Assembly: GCA_963844035.1 (NCBI GenBank)
Contig: CAWJMT010000004.1
Location: forward strand, 224,001 to 288,000
Length of the DNA stretch: 64,000 nt
Direction: 5' to 3'
DNA from: an uncultured Gemmatimonadales bacterium
GTDB taxonomy: Bacteria > Gemmatimonadota > Gemmatimonadetes > Gemmatimonadales > GWC2-71-9
Positions 45,154 through 55,944 of the stretch are shown one piece after another (position 1 is the stretch's first letter; each line of letters starts with the position of its first letter). Position numbers and translations under genes: made by a program. Under the pieces are notes generated by a model that was given only the letters and a program-made list of their open reading frames with translations, made no database searches and had not been told where the DNA came from.

Positions 45154-46696
45154 CTACACCTCCGCCGGCTCGACATTGTTTACCCGCCGCGTCCGCATCA
45201 CCGTGACGACGGCGAGGATCAAGACGACGATCGGCGCAGATGCATGCGACGAGGCGAAACGCGTCGAGAAACGCAAGTTTGGCCGGGTTCAGCAGCTCCA
45301 CCCCAAGGTGTCCAGGGAGACGCTCGGCCACGGCGACGGCGCCGCCGAGCGTGGCCCGCGCCGCCTCCGCCGCTTCCGGGGGAACGCCGGCGGGAATACC
45401 GGCCGCCATGCGGCCGCGATAGAGCGCGGTGCCGATGCTTCCGAGCACCGCGATGCCGAGCGCGCCTCCCAGCTCCGAACTAGTCTCCGAGATGGCTGAC
45501 GCCGCGCCGGCCCGCTCGACGGGAGCGCTCCCGACGATCAGGTCGGTCGCGAGAATGACAACGGGAGAAATGCCCAGAGAGTAGATGATGGACCCGACGA
45601 TGAGCACCGCGAGTCCGGCTTCATCCACCTGTGTGAGTATTCCGAACCCTGCGGCCGCGACCACCAATCCCCCCGCGATGGCGTGCCCCGGTCCCACGCG
45701 GCGCGCAAGCACCGGAACCACGAAGGAGCCCGCGACGAACGCCAGCATCGAAGGCACCGTCGCGAGCCCCGCTTGGAACGGCGTCAGACCGAGCACGAGC
45801 TGGAGGTATTGTGCGATGAAGATGTAGATCCCAAACGCCACGAGCGTCCCAACCAAAAACACCGCCAATGCCCCGCTGAAGCCGGGAGCCCGAAACAGCC
45901 TCAGGTCGATCAGCGGGTCGGCCAGCCGTTGCTGGCGCCGTGCGAAGGCGGCCCCCGTGGCGACACCGGCCACGATCGACAGCGCCGGCATCCATGCCAA
46001 CCCGTCTTCGGCAATTCGCTTGAGCCCGTAGATCACCAACAGCACGGCGGCGAGGGACATGGCTGCGCTCGCCAGATCCGGCCGGCCTGCTTCGGGGTCG
46101 CGAAACTCCGGTAGCAGTACGGGCCCCACCACCAGCAGCAGCAGCATCACCGGCACCCCCAACAGGAACACCGCGCCCCACCAGAAGTACTGCAGCACGA
46201 TCCCGCCCAGTAGCGGCCCGATCGCGCCACCGATCGAGTAGCTCGTGACCCACACACCAATCGCGAACGTCCGCTGCCGCGGGTCGAGAAACATGTTGCG
46301 AATCAGGGATAGCGTGGATGGTGCGAGCGTGGCGCCGGCGAGGCCGAGCACGGCGCGGGTCGCGATCAGCATCGCGGCGCTGGTCGAGAATGCGGCGACG
46401 ACCGAGGCGACACCGAACGCGGCGGCGCCGATCAACAGGAGCCGCCGCCGGCCGATCCGGTCCCCCAACGTTCCCATGGTGATGAGCGAACCGGCCACGA
46501 GGAAGCCGTAGATATCGATGATCCAGAGCAGCTGGGCGCTGCTCGGCTGGAGATCGGCGCTGAGCCGGGGGACAGCGAGGTTCAGCACCGTGAGGTCCAT
46601 GGAATAGAGGACGCACGGCAGCGCGATAACGGCGAGGCCGATCCACTCCCGCTGCCCGGCCCGGGGCGGGGTGTCGGGCGGTGCGTCGACCTGCAC
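45154..46696 (-). CDS. MFS drug:H+ antiporter, DHA2/SmvA-like (C-terminal frameshift)
   Basis: MDLTVLNLA, LWIIDIY, GTLGDRIGRRRLL, PSTLSLI, ELGGALGIAVLG. Confidence 0.92.
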
Positions 46697-47976
46697 TAGG
46701 CGCCGGGCTCCACGCAGGCTGCCGCGCGCTCGAGCAGCAGTGCGCGCTCGCGGGTGTTGCGGGTCAGGGCCGCCGCGCGCTCGAACTCGACCCGCGCCTC
46801 AGCCGCACGGCCCACCTTCAGCAGCAGATCGGCGCGCACGCTCGGCAGCAGGTGGTAGCCCGCAAGCTGCGGCTCGGCTGTCAACGCGTCGACCAGCTCG
46901 AGACCCGCCGCGGGGCCGAACGCCATGCCAACCGCAACCGCACGATTGAGCTCCACCACGGGCGACGGTGCCAGCTGTGCAAGCACCGCGTACAGGGCAG
47001 CGATACGCACCCAATCAGTTTCCGCCGCCGTGCGCGCCCGGGCGTGGCAGGCGGCGATGGCGGCCTGCATCGTGTAAGGCCCAGCGGCCCCGCCGAGGGC
47101 CTCGGCGCGCTCGAGCGCCGCAAGCCCGCGATGCATGAGGACGCGATCCCAGCGCGCGCGATCCTGGTCGAGCAGCAGCACCGGCTCCCCCGACGCGCCG
47201 ACCCGGGCTCGCAGTCGCGACGCCTGAATCTCCATCAGGGCCACCAAGCCATGCACCTCCCCCTCCTCGGGAGCGAGCTCGGCGAGAATGCGGCCGAGGC
47301 GGAGTGCCTCCTCGCACAGCTGGGGCCGTATCCAGTCGTCACCGGCCGTCGCCGAGTAGCCCTCGTTGAAAATCAGATAAATCACCTGGAGTACGGACGC
47401 GAGGCGGGTGGCGAGCTCCGGCCCGCGCGGAACCTCGAACGGGACACCAGCCGCCGCGAGCGTCCGCTTGGCCCGGACGATCCGTTGGGCGACCGTCGGC
47501 TCGGAGGCGAGGAACGCACGCGCGATCTCATCGGTGGTGAGGCCACCGAGCAGGCGGAGGGTGAGCGCGACCCGCGCCTCGGTCGGGAGCACCGGATGGC
47601 AGGCCGTGAAGATGAGCCGCAGGAGGTCGTCGCCGACGGTGTCGTCGATTGCGGCGGCGAGGTCTTGCTCGGGGCTCGCCTGCCGGCTCTCGAGCTCCCG
47701 GCCGAGCTCTTCGTGCTTGCGGTCGAGGAGCTTGCCGCGGCGCAGGACGTCCAGGGCCCGGTGTTTCGCCGTGGCCATGAGCCAGGCGCCCGGATTGTCC
47801 GGGATTCCCGAGGTGGGCCAGCGCTCCAGCGCCGCGAGCAGCGCATCCTGTGCGAGATCCTCGGCCAAACCGACATCACGCACCATCCGCGCGAGACCCG
47901 CAATCAACTTCGCCGACTCGATCCGCCAGACGGCGTCGATCGTGCGATGGGTGTCGGTAGCCGTCACGGCTACCAA
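46696..47976 (-). CDS. ECF42-type sigma factor with C-terminal TPR extension
   Basis: LAEDLAQDA, DDLLRLIFTACHP, QRIVRAK, YLIFNEGY, LLDQDRARWD, SPVVELNRAVA; upstream DGPF gene. Confidence 0.92.
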   Translation of the reverse strand: MVAVTATDTHRTIDAVWRIESAKLIAGLARMVRDVGLAEDLAQDALLAALERWPTSGIPDNPGAWLMATAKHRALDVLRRGKLLDRKHEELGRELESRQASPEQDLAAAIDDTVGDDLLRLIFTACHPVLPTEARVALTLRLLGGLTTDEIARAFLASEPTVAQRIVRAKRTLAAAGVPFEVPRGPELATRLASVLQVIYLIFNEGYSATAGDDWIRPQLCEEALRLGRILAELAPEEGEVHGLVALMEIQASRLRARVGASGEPVLLLDQDRARWDRVLMHRGLAALERAEALGGAAGPYTMQAAIAACHARARTAAETDWVRIAALYAVLAQLAPSPVVELNRAVAVGMAFGPAAGLELVDALTAEPQLAGYHLLPSVRADLLLKVGRAAEARVEFERAAALTRNTRERALLLERAAACVEPGA

Positions 47977-48023
47977 TCACATCATCTTCCCCCGCTCCTG
48001 CAAGAGGACTTCGTTCGCGACGC

Positions 48024-48443
48024 TTACCGCTTACCCTCCGACTGTTGGCGAAGGCGCTCCTCCTGTGCCTTGAGCTCCGGCGTCAAGTTGGCGCCGAAGT
48101 CGTCCGCCTCGAACACCTGGCGTATCTCGATCTCGGCACCGGGTCCGAACGGCGCCCGCTTGAGCCATTCGACCGCTTCTTCCTTCGACTTCACCTGCCA
48201 CAGCCAGAAGCCGGCGACCAGTTCCTTCGTCTCCGCGAACGGCCCATCGATCACCGTCGGCTTCCCGGTCGTGAAACGCACCCGCGCCCCTTTCACGCTC
48301 GGATGGAGCCCCTCTCCCGCCAGCATCACCCCGGCCTTCACCAGCTGTTCATTGAACCGGGTCATCTCGGTCAACTCCTTCGTGCTGGGCAGGACGCCCG
48401 CCTCGGTGTCCTTGTTGGCCTTCACCAGGACCATGAATCGCAT
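48024..48443 (-). CDS. YciI / DGPF-domain protein
   Basis: AGEGLHPS, DGPFAETKELVAGFW, IEIRQVFE. Confidence 0.93.
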   Translation of the reverse strand: MRFMVLVKANKDTEAGVLPSTKELTEMTRFNEQLVKAGVMLAGEGLHPSVKGARVRFTTGKPTVIDGPFAETKELVAGFWLWQVKSKEEAVEWLKRAPFGPGAEIEIRQVFEADDFGANLTPELKAQEERLRQQSEGKR

Positions 48444-48505
48444 TGTCGCATCTCCCAGGAGTTTGGTTAGCCGAAGCCCGGGCTGATCCCTGGCTCCACA
48501 TCTAC

Positions 48506-48532
48506 GACGAACGAGCGCACCCAGAATCGACA
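48506..48532 (-). promoter_or_regulatory. ECF42-type promoter upstream of the DGPF-sigma operon
   Basis: Minus strand TGTCGA, 17-nt spacer, CGTC; matches the ECF42 consensus as I recall it. Confidence 0.7.
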
Positions 48533-48630
48533 TGGCGGGATGGCGCCCCTTGACATGCTTGCCGAGCCGGGCATAGCCTCAAGGGCCAAATTCACCTCTT
48601 TCGCAGCGTCGCGTCGCCAGGAGACTGCAA

Positions 48631-48981
48631 ATGCGGCAGGTCAGAGCCCGTCACGCTTTCCTTTTACCCGTCGCGACAGTGTTACTCGCGGTCTTCTCAA
48701 CGCAGGGGTGCACCAGGTGGAATGAAGTCAACGGGACGAAGAGTCTGGCCGCCGAGCCCCACGGGACGGTCCGCCTCACGCTGACGGGGGACGCCAAGAA
48801 GGTGGTCGTGAAGCACCCGACCGTCGTCGGCGACAGCGTCGTTTGGAAGTCCCCCGAGCCGGGCAGTGTACACGTGAGTCAGGTGGCGTGGATCGAGGCA
48901 CGCGGATTGGATCCGATTGCGACGGGCTTCTTCGCCCTGGCGGGCGTCACGTTCATCCTGGTTAAGACCCTCCGCGACTAG
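48631..48981 (+). CDS. hypothetical lipoprotein
   Basis: AGGAG RBS; hydrophobic signal ending TQGC; C-terminal hydrophobic segment; TTGACA-18-TAGCCT upstream. Confidence 0.6.
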   Translation: MRQVRARHAFLLPVATVLLAVFSTQGCTRWNEVNGTKSLAAEPHGTVRLTLTGDAKKVVVKHPTVVGDSVVWKSPEPGSVHVSQVAWIEARGLDPIATGFFALAGVTFILVKTLRD

Positions 48982-49664
48982 CGGGGTTCTACCACCCGCG
49001 CCCCCCAGCTGACGATCGCCTCGACGATCGTCTGCACCACGTCGGCGTCGGTCGTTCCCGATCGTTTCAGCACCTTGAACGAGTGATCCCCGCCTTCTAT
49101 TAGATAGAGCGTCGCGCGCGCGCCGAGGCGTTGCACCACCGGCCGCAGCAGCTCCAACCCAGCGAACTCATCCCGCGTACCCTGTAGAAAGAGCATCGGC
49201 ACGGCGACGCGCTCGAGGTGGTCGGCCCGCGTGGTCCCCGGCCGGCCGGGCGGATGGAGTGGGAAGCCGAGGAATGCGAGCCCGCCGACGCCGGGCAACG
49301 GAGCTTCCGCCTGCGCCGACGACGTCATGCGTCCGCCGAACGATTTCCCTCCGGCCAGGAGCGGCAGCCCGGGCGCCACGCGCGCCGCTTCGGCCACCGC
49401 GGCTCGCACGGCGGCCGTCGCTACAGCGGGGGTGTCGGGTCGTCTGGAGCGCCGCTCCATGTAGGGAAACTGATACCGCAGCGTCGCAACTCCACGCTCC
49501 GCCAGGCGGTACGCGAGCACCTCCAGAAACGCATGCCGCATGCCGGCGCCCGCGCCGTGCGCGAGCACGTACAGCAGCCGCGCATCACTGGGCCGGACGA
49601 GCAATCCCGAAACTGCGCCGGCCTCGCCCACCGTGAAGGTCAACTCTTGCACCGATGTACTCAT
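48978..49664 (-). CDS. alpha/beta hydrolase (KANSL3/dienelactone hydrolase-like)
   Basis: LAHGAGAGM, GGKSFGGR, FPLHPPG, QGTRD, GGDHSF. Confidence 0.9.
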   Translation of the reverse strand: MSTSVQELTFTVGEAGAVSGLLVRPSDARLLYVLAHGAGAGMRHAFLEVLAYRLAERGVATLRYQFPYMERRSRRPDTPAVATAAVRAAVAEAARVAPGLPLLAGGKSFGGRMTSSAQAEAPLPGVGGLAFLGFPLHPPGRPGTTRADHLERVAVPMLFLQGTRDEFAGLELLRPVVQRLGARATLYLIEGGDHSFKVLKRSGTTDADVVQTIVEAIVSWGARVVEPR

Positions 49665-52218
49665 TACTCCACGCGGGCTTGGAGCCGCTCGAGTGCGCTC
49701 ACGAGATCGGGCTTCACCTGGAGCACCGGGAGGAGCGGGTCATCCTTGACCTTCTTCATCCGAGCGGGCGCGTTCGCGATCGTGAACTTGCGGATGTCGA
49801 GCTTCGGGGTGATTTCGCTCCATTGCAGCGGCATGGATACCGGCGCGCCGGGGAGCGGGCGCACGCTGAATGGCGCTACCAACAACCGGCCGTGACCGTT
49901 CTGGATCCAGTCGAGATACACGCGCGGGCCGCGTTTGCCGACCTGGCGCGTAATCGTGGCGATGTCCGGGAGCTGCGCGGCGATGACGCGGGCCAGCAGG
50001 CCGCCGAGCGCGCGGGTTTGCTCGTAGGTGCACTGCCGCCCGAGGGGCAGCAGGACGTGCAGGCCGGTGGAGCCACTGCTCTTGATGAAGCAGGGGAGCT
50101 CGATTTCGTCGCACAGCGCGTGAATCGCCCGGGCGACGGTGACGACGTGGCTGAACGGCGCCTCTTTCGGATCGAGGTCGAGAATACACCAGTCGGGGAG
50201 CTCGAGCGTCGCGACCCGGCTCCCCCACACATGCAGCGGGATCGTGCCCAGGTTCGCCAGATAGAGCAGCGACGCTTCGTCGTCGCATACGAAGTAGTCG
50301 ATGTCGCGCTTGGTCTCCTCGCTCCACATCCGCTCGGTGCGCAGCCATTCCGGCGCGAACGGCGGCGCATCCTTCTGAAAGAATGACTTTCCCTGAATGC
50401 CGTCGGGGAACCGGGTGAGCACCACCGGCCGGTCTTTGAGATAGGGGAGCAGCCAGGGTGAGATCGCGCGGTAGTACGCGACGAGATCGCCCTTGGTGTA
50501 CTTGTCCTCGGGCCAGAAGACCTTGTCGAGATTCGAGAACTTCACCTCTCGGGGAAGTGGGGAGTGGGACGAGGGACGGGTGGGTACCTCGGGCTCCGTC
50601 CGTCCCGTTCCCCTTCCCCCGTCCCCCTTCCCGGCATTTCACACTCCGCCACCGGCTTGTCATCCCGAAACCTGAGGAACACCGGCTGGCGGAGCAGCCC
50701 TTCGTCGGTCCACTCCTTGTAGCGCACCTCGACGACGAGCTCGGGCTCGACCCAGGAGTGCGCGTCGTCCTTGGGCGCGGGCCCGGCGAACGCCGGTGTC
50801 GTCGCGGCGCGCGCCTCGAGCTTCGCCGCCACCTCTTTGAGCTGGGCCGCATTGAAGCCGCTCCCCACACGGCCCGCGTACATCAGTTTCCCGTCCGCGA
50901 ACCCGCCGAGGTGGAGCGCACCGAAACCGCCGCGCGATCCCTTGGGGCGCGTGAAGCCGACCACCACGAAGTCGCCGGTGCGGTCCGCGCGGATCTTGAG
51001 CCAGTCGGCCGAGCGGCCGGCGCGGTAGGTCGAGTCGGCGCGCTTCGCGACGATCCCCTCGAGGCCGAGCTGGACCACCTGCTCGTAGAGCGCTTCGCCT
51101 TTCGTCTCGAAGTGTTCGAGGTAGCGGAGCGCGCCTGTGGGCGGGATGATTTTTTCGAGGATGCCCTTGCGCTTGACGAGCGGCAGCGGCCGGAGGTCCC
51201 AGCCGTCGAACGCCAGGAGATCGAAGAGGTACAGGGTGGCCGGGTTCTCCACGGCGGCGCGGCGGATCTCGGGCACACGGCTCAACCGGGCGCGATTCTG
51301 GAGGCGCTGAAAGCTCGGATGGCCCGCGTCGTCCAACACGACCACTTCCCCGTCCAGGACTAGCCGCTCGTACGGGAGCGCCGCCAGCGCGCGGGTGATT
51401 TCCGGGAACGCTGCCGAGAGGTCGTGACCGTTGCGGGAAATAAGGAGTGCGCCGTCGTTCGCACGCGCAGCACGCAGCCGATACCCATCGAGCTTGAGCT
51501 CGAAGATCCATCCCGCCTTGCTAAATGGCTGTTCGCGCGTCTCCGCCAGCATCAGCTCGGCTTCACGCACCGGCAGCGCGCGGCGCGGCGCTTTGAGCCG
51601 GGTGAGCTCCTGCTTGATCTTGGGAACGAGCGTCTGACCGTCGCGCAGGGCCTCGACGGTGAGCCCTGACAGGACGGATTCCTCTGGAAACGTTGCCCCG
51701 GTCGCGACGTAGCCGTCGCGCTCCTTGATGAGGAGCCACTCCTTGTCACCCTTCTTGAGCTTCACCAGGGTCCACTTCCCGTGGAGCTTGTAGCCCTTGA
51801 GGTCGAAGAGGAGCTTCCCCTTCTTCATCCCCTCATGCGGGTCCTCGAGGGGCACCCAGGCGCCGCGGTCCCACACGATCACGCCGCCGGCCCCGTAGTT
51901 GCCTTCCGGGATGATGCCTTCGAAGTCGCCGTATTCGATGGGGTGGTCCTCGACTTTGACGGCGAGGCGCTTGTCCTTGGGGTCGGCGGAAGGTCCCCTG
52001 GGGACGGCCCACGACTTGAGCACGCCGTCCATTTCCAGGCGCAGATCGAAATGCAGGTTGCGGGCGGCGTGCTTGTGGACCACGAACAGGCCGCCCTCGA
52101 GCGCGCCCGTGGTCGCGGCCGCCGCTACCTTCGCGCCGGGCTCCGGTGTACGATCAAGGGAACGCTTGGCGCGGTAGGCGCTTAGCGCATCCGGCGCGGA
52201 CTTCTTGTTTGCGCCCAT
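49664..52218 (-). CDS. ligD: NHEJ DNA ligase D (phosphoesterase-ligase-polymerase; frameshift in the linker ~50545-50630)
   Basis: HAARNLHFDLRLE (PE); ELKLDGYR, EGIVAKR (LIG); SNLDKVFWP, RFPDG, LDLDP, KSSGSTGLH (POL). Confidence 0.95.
50550..50633. repeat. imperfect inverted element of G-rich/C-rich heptamers in the LigD linker
   Basis: GGGGAAGTGGGGAGTGGGACGAGGGACGGG ... CCGTCCCGTTCCCCTTCCCCCGTCCCCCTTCCC. Confidence 0.7.
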
Positions 52219-52246
52219 GGAACGGGAATCTTATCATAGGCGCCCT

Positions 52247-53113
52247 ATGCCTGCACACTCGATCGGATCCGCCACGCTCTCGTTCGGCCTCGTCTCGGTG
52301 CCGGTCAAGATGTTCTCCACCGGCGAGTCCTCCGCCGCCGTCTCCTTCAACTGGCTCCACAAGAAGGACGGCGCACGCCTGAAGCAGCAGTACGTCTGCT
52401 CGAAGGACGGGGAGAAGGTCGAGAAAGACGAGATGATCAAGGGCTACGAGTTTGAGAAGGGGCGGTACGTCCAATTCACCACGGACGAGCTCAAGACGTT
52501 GGACGAAAAGGGCACGGGAGCGATCGACGTCCAGGAGTTCGTTCCGGCCAAAGAGGTGGACCGCCTATACCTCGAGAAGTGCTACTTCCTGGGACCTGAG
52601 AAGGGCGGTGAGCGAGCCTACCGGCTGCTCTCCGAGGCCTTGAAGCAGACCGGTCGCGTGGCCGTCGGGCAGTACGCCGCGCGCGGCAAGCAGTACGTCA
52701 TTTCAATTCGCCCGCACGAAGGCGGCCTCGTGATGGAGCAGCTGCGCTACGCCGATGAAGTCCGTTCGATGGCCGAATTGCAGATTCCAAAGATCGATGT
52801 GAAGAAGCCCGAGCTCCAGCTCGCGGTGCAGCTGCTCGACCAGGCGGCGTCGGAGACGTTTCACCCCGAGAAGTACGAGGACAATCAGCGGAAGCGGGTG
52901 CTCGAACAAATCCAGCGCAAGGTCGATGGACAGGAGATCACGGAGGAGCCGACCGAGGCTCCCAAGACCCAGATCCTCGACTTGATGGAGGCGCTCAAGG
53001 CAAGCCTGGGGAAGGGAAAAGGGGCCGCCGGCGATCGCAAGCCCGCCAAACGGGTCGAAGACAAAGCTGCCGCGAAGACGATCCCGCTGAAGCGCAAGGC
53101 GGCTTCGCGCTGA
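52247..53113 (+). CDS. ku: Ku protein (NHEJ)
   Basis: LSFGLVSVPVK, MIKGYE, IDVQEFV, YFLGP, LRYADEVR, DLMEALKASL, basic tail. Confidence 0.96.
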   Translation: MPAHSIGSATLSFGLVSVPVKMFSTGESSAAVSFNWLHKKDGARLKQQYVCSKDGEKVEKDEMIKGYEFEKGRYVQFTTDELKTLDEKGTGAIDVQEFVPAKEVDRLYLEKCYFLGPEKGGERAYRLLSEALKQTGRVAVGQYAARGKQYVISIRPHEGGLVMEQLRYADEVRSMAELQIPKIDVKKPELQLAVQLLDQAASETFHPEKYEDNQRKRVLEQIQRKVDGQEITEEPTEAPKTQILDLMEALKASLGKGKGAAGDRKPAKRVEDKAAAKTIPLKRKAASR

Positions 53114-53123
53114 CGGCAGTCGT

Positions 53124-53957
53124 TTGAAAGGCTACTCATCCAAAGACGTCGCTAAGCTGTTGGGACTGACCGTCGCGCAGGTGCGGGCCTTCGCGCGCGA
53201 CGGTTTTTTGACGCCGCGACGCGGGACACGCGGCGATGTGCGGTTTTCCTTCCAGGACCTGGTCATCCTGCGCGCGGCGAAGGGACTCGTGGCCGCGCGC
53301 ATCCCCACCGGCCGCATCCATCGCGCTCTGAAAAAGCTGCGGCACGAGCTGCCGCGCGGCCGCTCGCTCGCCGAGCTGCGCATCGTGGCCGAGGGCGACC
53401 GCATCGTGGTGAGCGACGGGCTTGCCGCGTGGAACCCGGAATCGGGGCAGCTCAGTCTCGACTTCGCGGTCTCGGACCTGGCGACCAAGGCCGCACCCAT
53501 CGCGCGGCGGACGGCGCAGGCGGCGCGGCGCGCCGAGGGTGATTTCGACGCCGCCGGCTGGTACGAGCTGGGGTACGAGCTCGAGGCGGTGGCCCCGGTG
53601 GAGGCGCGCGACGCCTATCGGCGCGCGCTCGAGCTCGACGCGCATCACGCCGACGCGCACGTCAACCTGGGCCGGCTACTGCACGAGCAGGGGTTGGTAG
53701 AGGAAGCGGAGCGGCACTACCGGGAGGCGCTGCGCGAAAGTCCCGATCACACCACCGCCGCCTTCAACCTCGCGATCGCCCTCGAGGACCTACACCGCCC
53801 GGCGGATGCGATCGAGGCGTACCGGGCGGCACTCGCAACGGACCCGCGGCTCGCCGACGCGCACTACAACGTGGCGCGGCTGTACGACAAGGTGGGCAAG
53901 AAGGCGGCGGCGCTCCGGCACCTGTCGATCTATCGACGGCTCACCGCAGACCCGTAG
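53124..53957 (+). CDS. MerR-type HTH + TPR protein
   Basis: YSSKDVAKLLGLT..VR, FSFQDLVILR, GQLSLDF, then TPRs (DAHVNLGRLLH, AAFNLA, DAHYNVA). Confidence 0.85.
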   Translation: MKGYSSKDVAKLLGLTVAQVRAFARDGFLTPRRGTRGDVRFSFQDLVILRAAKGLVAARIPTGRIHRALKKLRHELPRGRSLAELRIVAEGDRIVVSDGLAAWNPESGQLSLDFAVSDLATKAAPIARRTAQAARRAEGDFDAAGWYELGYELEAVAPVEARDAYRRALELDAHHADAHVNLGRLLHEQGLVEEAERHYREALRESPDHTTAAFNLAIALEDLHRPADAIEAYRAALATDPRLADAHYNVARLYDKVGKKAAALRHLSIYRRLTADP

Positions 53958-53967
53958 CCGCGCTGCG

Positions 53968-54631
53968 TTACTCCGTGTACCAGGTCGGCCGCATGTCGCG
54001 GGTCACGTAGTCGACCAGGTCGTAGACGAGGCCCGCGTACTCCTTGTTGGGGTCCTTCGCGGAGAAGGACGGCTCACCGCCCACGATCTTCAGCCCACCG
54101 ATCTTCCGGCTCGCCGTCCCGCTCGACCGCCACAGCGTGCCTCCCGTCTCGGTGCGCATACAATGCGACGGTCAGCTCGGCGGATACCGTGGCCTGCACG
54201 CTGCGGCAGCGACAGACCGTGCAGGCCGCCACTCGGCGTCACGTTGGACATCTTGAGGTGCCCGACAAACACCACCGGCGCGCGGCGTGACGCGCCCAGC
54301 GCCTGCGCCGTCGCTGCACCCATTTCCTTCTCGCCCAGGCGTTTCCGTACCGAGTCGGCCGAGCCGAACTCAATCACTTCAACACCAGGTTGCGCATCGA
54401 GCAGGTTTTCCGAGAAGCGCATGGTGGCGGCCTGGTCCAGGTCCCCCTTGGCATTCCGGATGGTGAAGCGGATGAGACCAACCCGGCCGTATTGCTTGAG
54501 GTCGAGCCGCGGCGGCACCTGGACCTGGCGCGGCGGGGGGGTGTGACCGCCGCCGCAGGCCATGGCCAAGAGCAGGGCACACAAGCGACAGGCGCACCGG
54601 TACGGGGCGACACGCGGATGTGCTTGCTCAT
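53968..54631 (-). CDS. hypothetical lipoprotein (frameshifts)
   Basis: LLLAMACGG lipobox-like segment; coding-like pieces in ORFs 54090..54671 and 53968..54159. Confidence 0.55.
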
Positions 54632-54714
54632 AGCGGCGGACCTCGCGAAAAGGTTGTGGGACGCCGCACAACTTAATGCTTTCGCGCCGGGAAATCGTCG
54701 GGAATCCGCTCCTC

Positions 54715-54744
54715 TTGACATATCAAATGTCGTTGATATATTGT
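54715..54744 (+). promoter_or_regulatory. ars promoter with overlapping ArsR operator
   Basis: TTGACA directly followed by the inverted repeat ATATCAA-N6-TTGATAT, which overlaps TATATT. Confidence 0.75.
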
Positions 54745-54752
54745 TTCGCACT

Positions 54753-55080
54753 GTGACCTCCAGCACACTTCCGACCACCAGACCGCGCCGCGCGCTGGTT
54801 CCATGCGCTCTCGGACGAAACGCGCCTCGAGATCGTCGAGATGCTGTCGCATGGGGAGCGCTGCGTCTGCGAGCTGCAGAACTCGCTCGACGCGGCCCAG
54901 TCCCGGCTCTCCTTCCACCTCAGGACGCTCAAAGACGCCGGCCTGGTCACCGATCGCCGCGAGGGACGGTGGGTCTACTACACGCTCAACCGCGACGCGT
55001 TGGACGAGGTCGCGGCGTTCGCTCAGGCGGTTAAGCCGGGAAAACACGCGGGGAGCTGCGCCCGGGCATGTTGCCCCTGA
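54753..55080 (+). CDS. arsR: ArsR family As(III)-responsive repressor (N-terminal frameshift)
   Basis: FHALSDETRL, ERCVCEL, QSRLSFHLRTLKDAGLV..RREGRW; C-terminal CARACCP. Confidence 0.9.
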
Positions 55081-55097
55081 TTTCTTGTCGCATACAC

Positions 55098-55113
55098 ATC
55101 AACATTTGTTGAT
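55098..55113 (+). promoter_or_regulatory. second putative ArsR operator upstream of arsM
   Basis: ATCAA-N6-TTGAT, same core as the 54720-54739 repeat, next to the AAGGAG RBS. Confidence 0.6.
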
Positions 55114-55125
55114 TAAGGAGGGCAC

Positions 55126-55944
55126 ATGAGCGATGCGCAGATCAGAGATACGGTGAGGGAGCGGTACGCGCAGGCAGCGTTACGGGTGGTTGCTGGTGAG
55201 CGCGGCAGCTGTTGCGGCACCGGCACGGGGACCTGCGGGTGCGATCCCGTCAGCTCGGATCTCTACGATGCCGGTGAGACCGTCACGCTTCCCGAGGGTG
55301 CGGTCCTCGCCTCCCTCGGCTGCGGCAATCCGACGGCTCTGGCGGAGCTCCACGAAGGCGAAACGGTGCTCGACCTGGGGTCGGGGGGTGGGATCGACGT
55401 ACTGCTCTCCGCCCAGCGCGTGGGCCCAACCGGGAAGGCCTACGGCCTGGACATGACCGATGAAATGCTGGCGCTCGCCCGCGAGCACCAGCGTCAGGCG
55501 GGCGCCACGAACGTCGAGTTCCTGAAGGGAGAGATCGAGCGCATCCCGCTGCCCGATGCCTCGGTGGACGTCATTATCTCCAACTGCGTCATCAACCTCT
55601 CGGCCGACAAGAGCCAAGTGCTGCGGGAAGCGTTTCGCGTTCTCAAACCGGGCGGCCGGTTCGCCGTGTCGGACGTCGTGGTACGCGGTGAGGTTCCGGC
55701 CAGCGTGCGGAGCAGCATGGAGCTATGGGTCGGGTGCATCGCGGGCGCCCTGCCTGAGGAGGAATATGTACGCCTGCTCAGAGCGGCCGGCTTCGAGGAC
55801 GTCGGGATCGAGCCGACGCGCGTCTACGCATTCGAAGATGCGCGCGCCTTCCTGGCCGGGGCCGGCCTTGACGCCGAGGTGCTGGCGCGGGAGGTCAGCG
55901 GCCGGATCATGGGCGCGTTCATCCGCGCTCGGAGGCCGGCATGA
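55126..55944 (+). CDS. arsM: arsenite S-adenosylmethionine methyltransferase
   Basis: [38 protein letters not shown]. Confidence 0.95.
   Translation: MSDAQIRDTVRERYAQAALRVVAGERGSCCGTGTGTCGCDPVSSDLYDAGETVTLPEGAVLASLGCGNPTALAELHEGETVLDLGSGGGIDVLLSAQRVGPTGKAYGLDMTDEMLALAREHQRQAGATNVEFLKGEIERIPLPDASVDVIISNCVINLSADKSQVLREAFRVLKPGGRFAVSDVVVRGEVPASVRSSMELWVGCIAGALPEEEYVRLLRAAGFEDVGIEPTRVYAFEDARAFLAGAGLDAEVLAREVSGRIMGAFIRARRPA

Noticed and set aside
49664..50545. Stand-alone LigD polymerase gene
   Set aside because: It begins right after a G/C homopolymer-rich linker, so a frameshifted full-length PE-LIG-POL LigD is more parsimonious.
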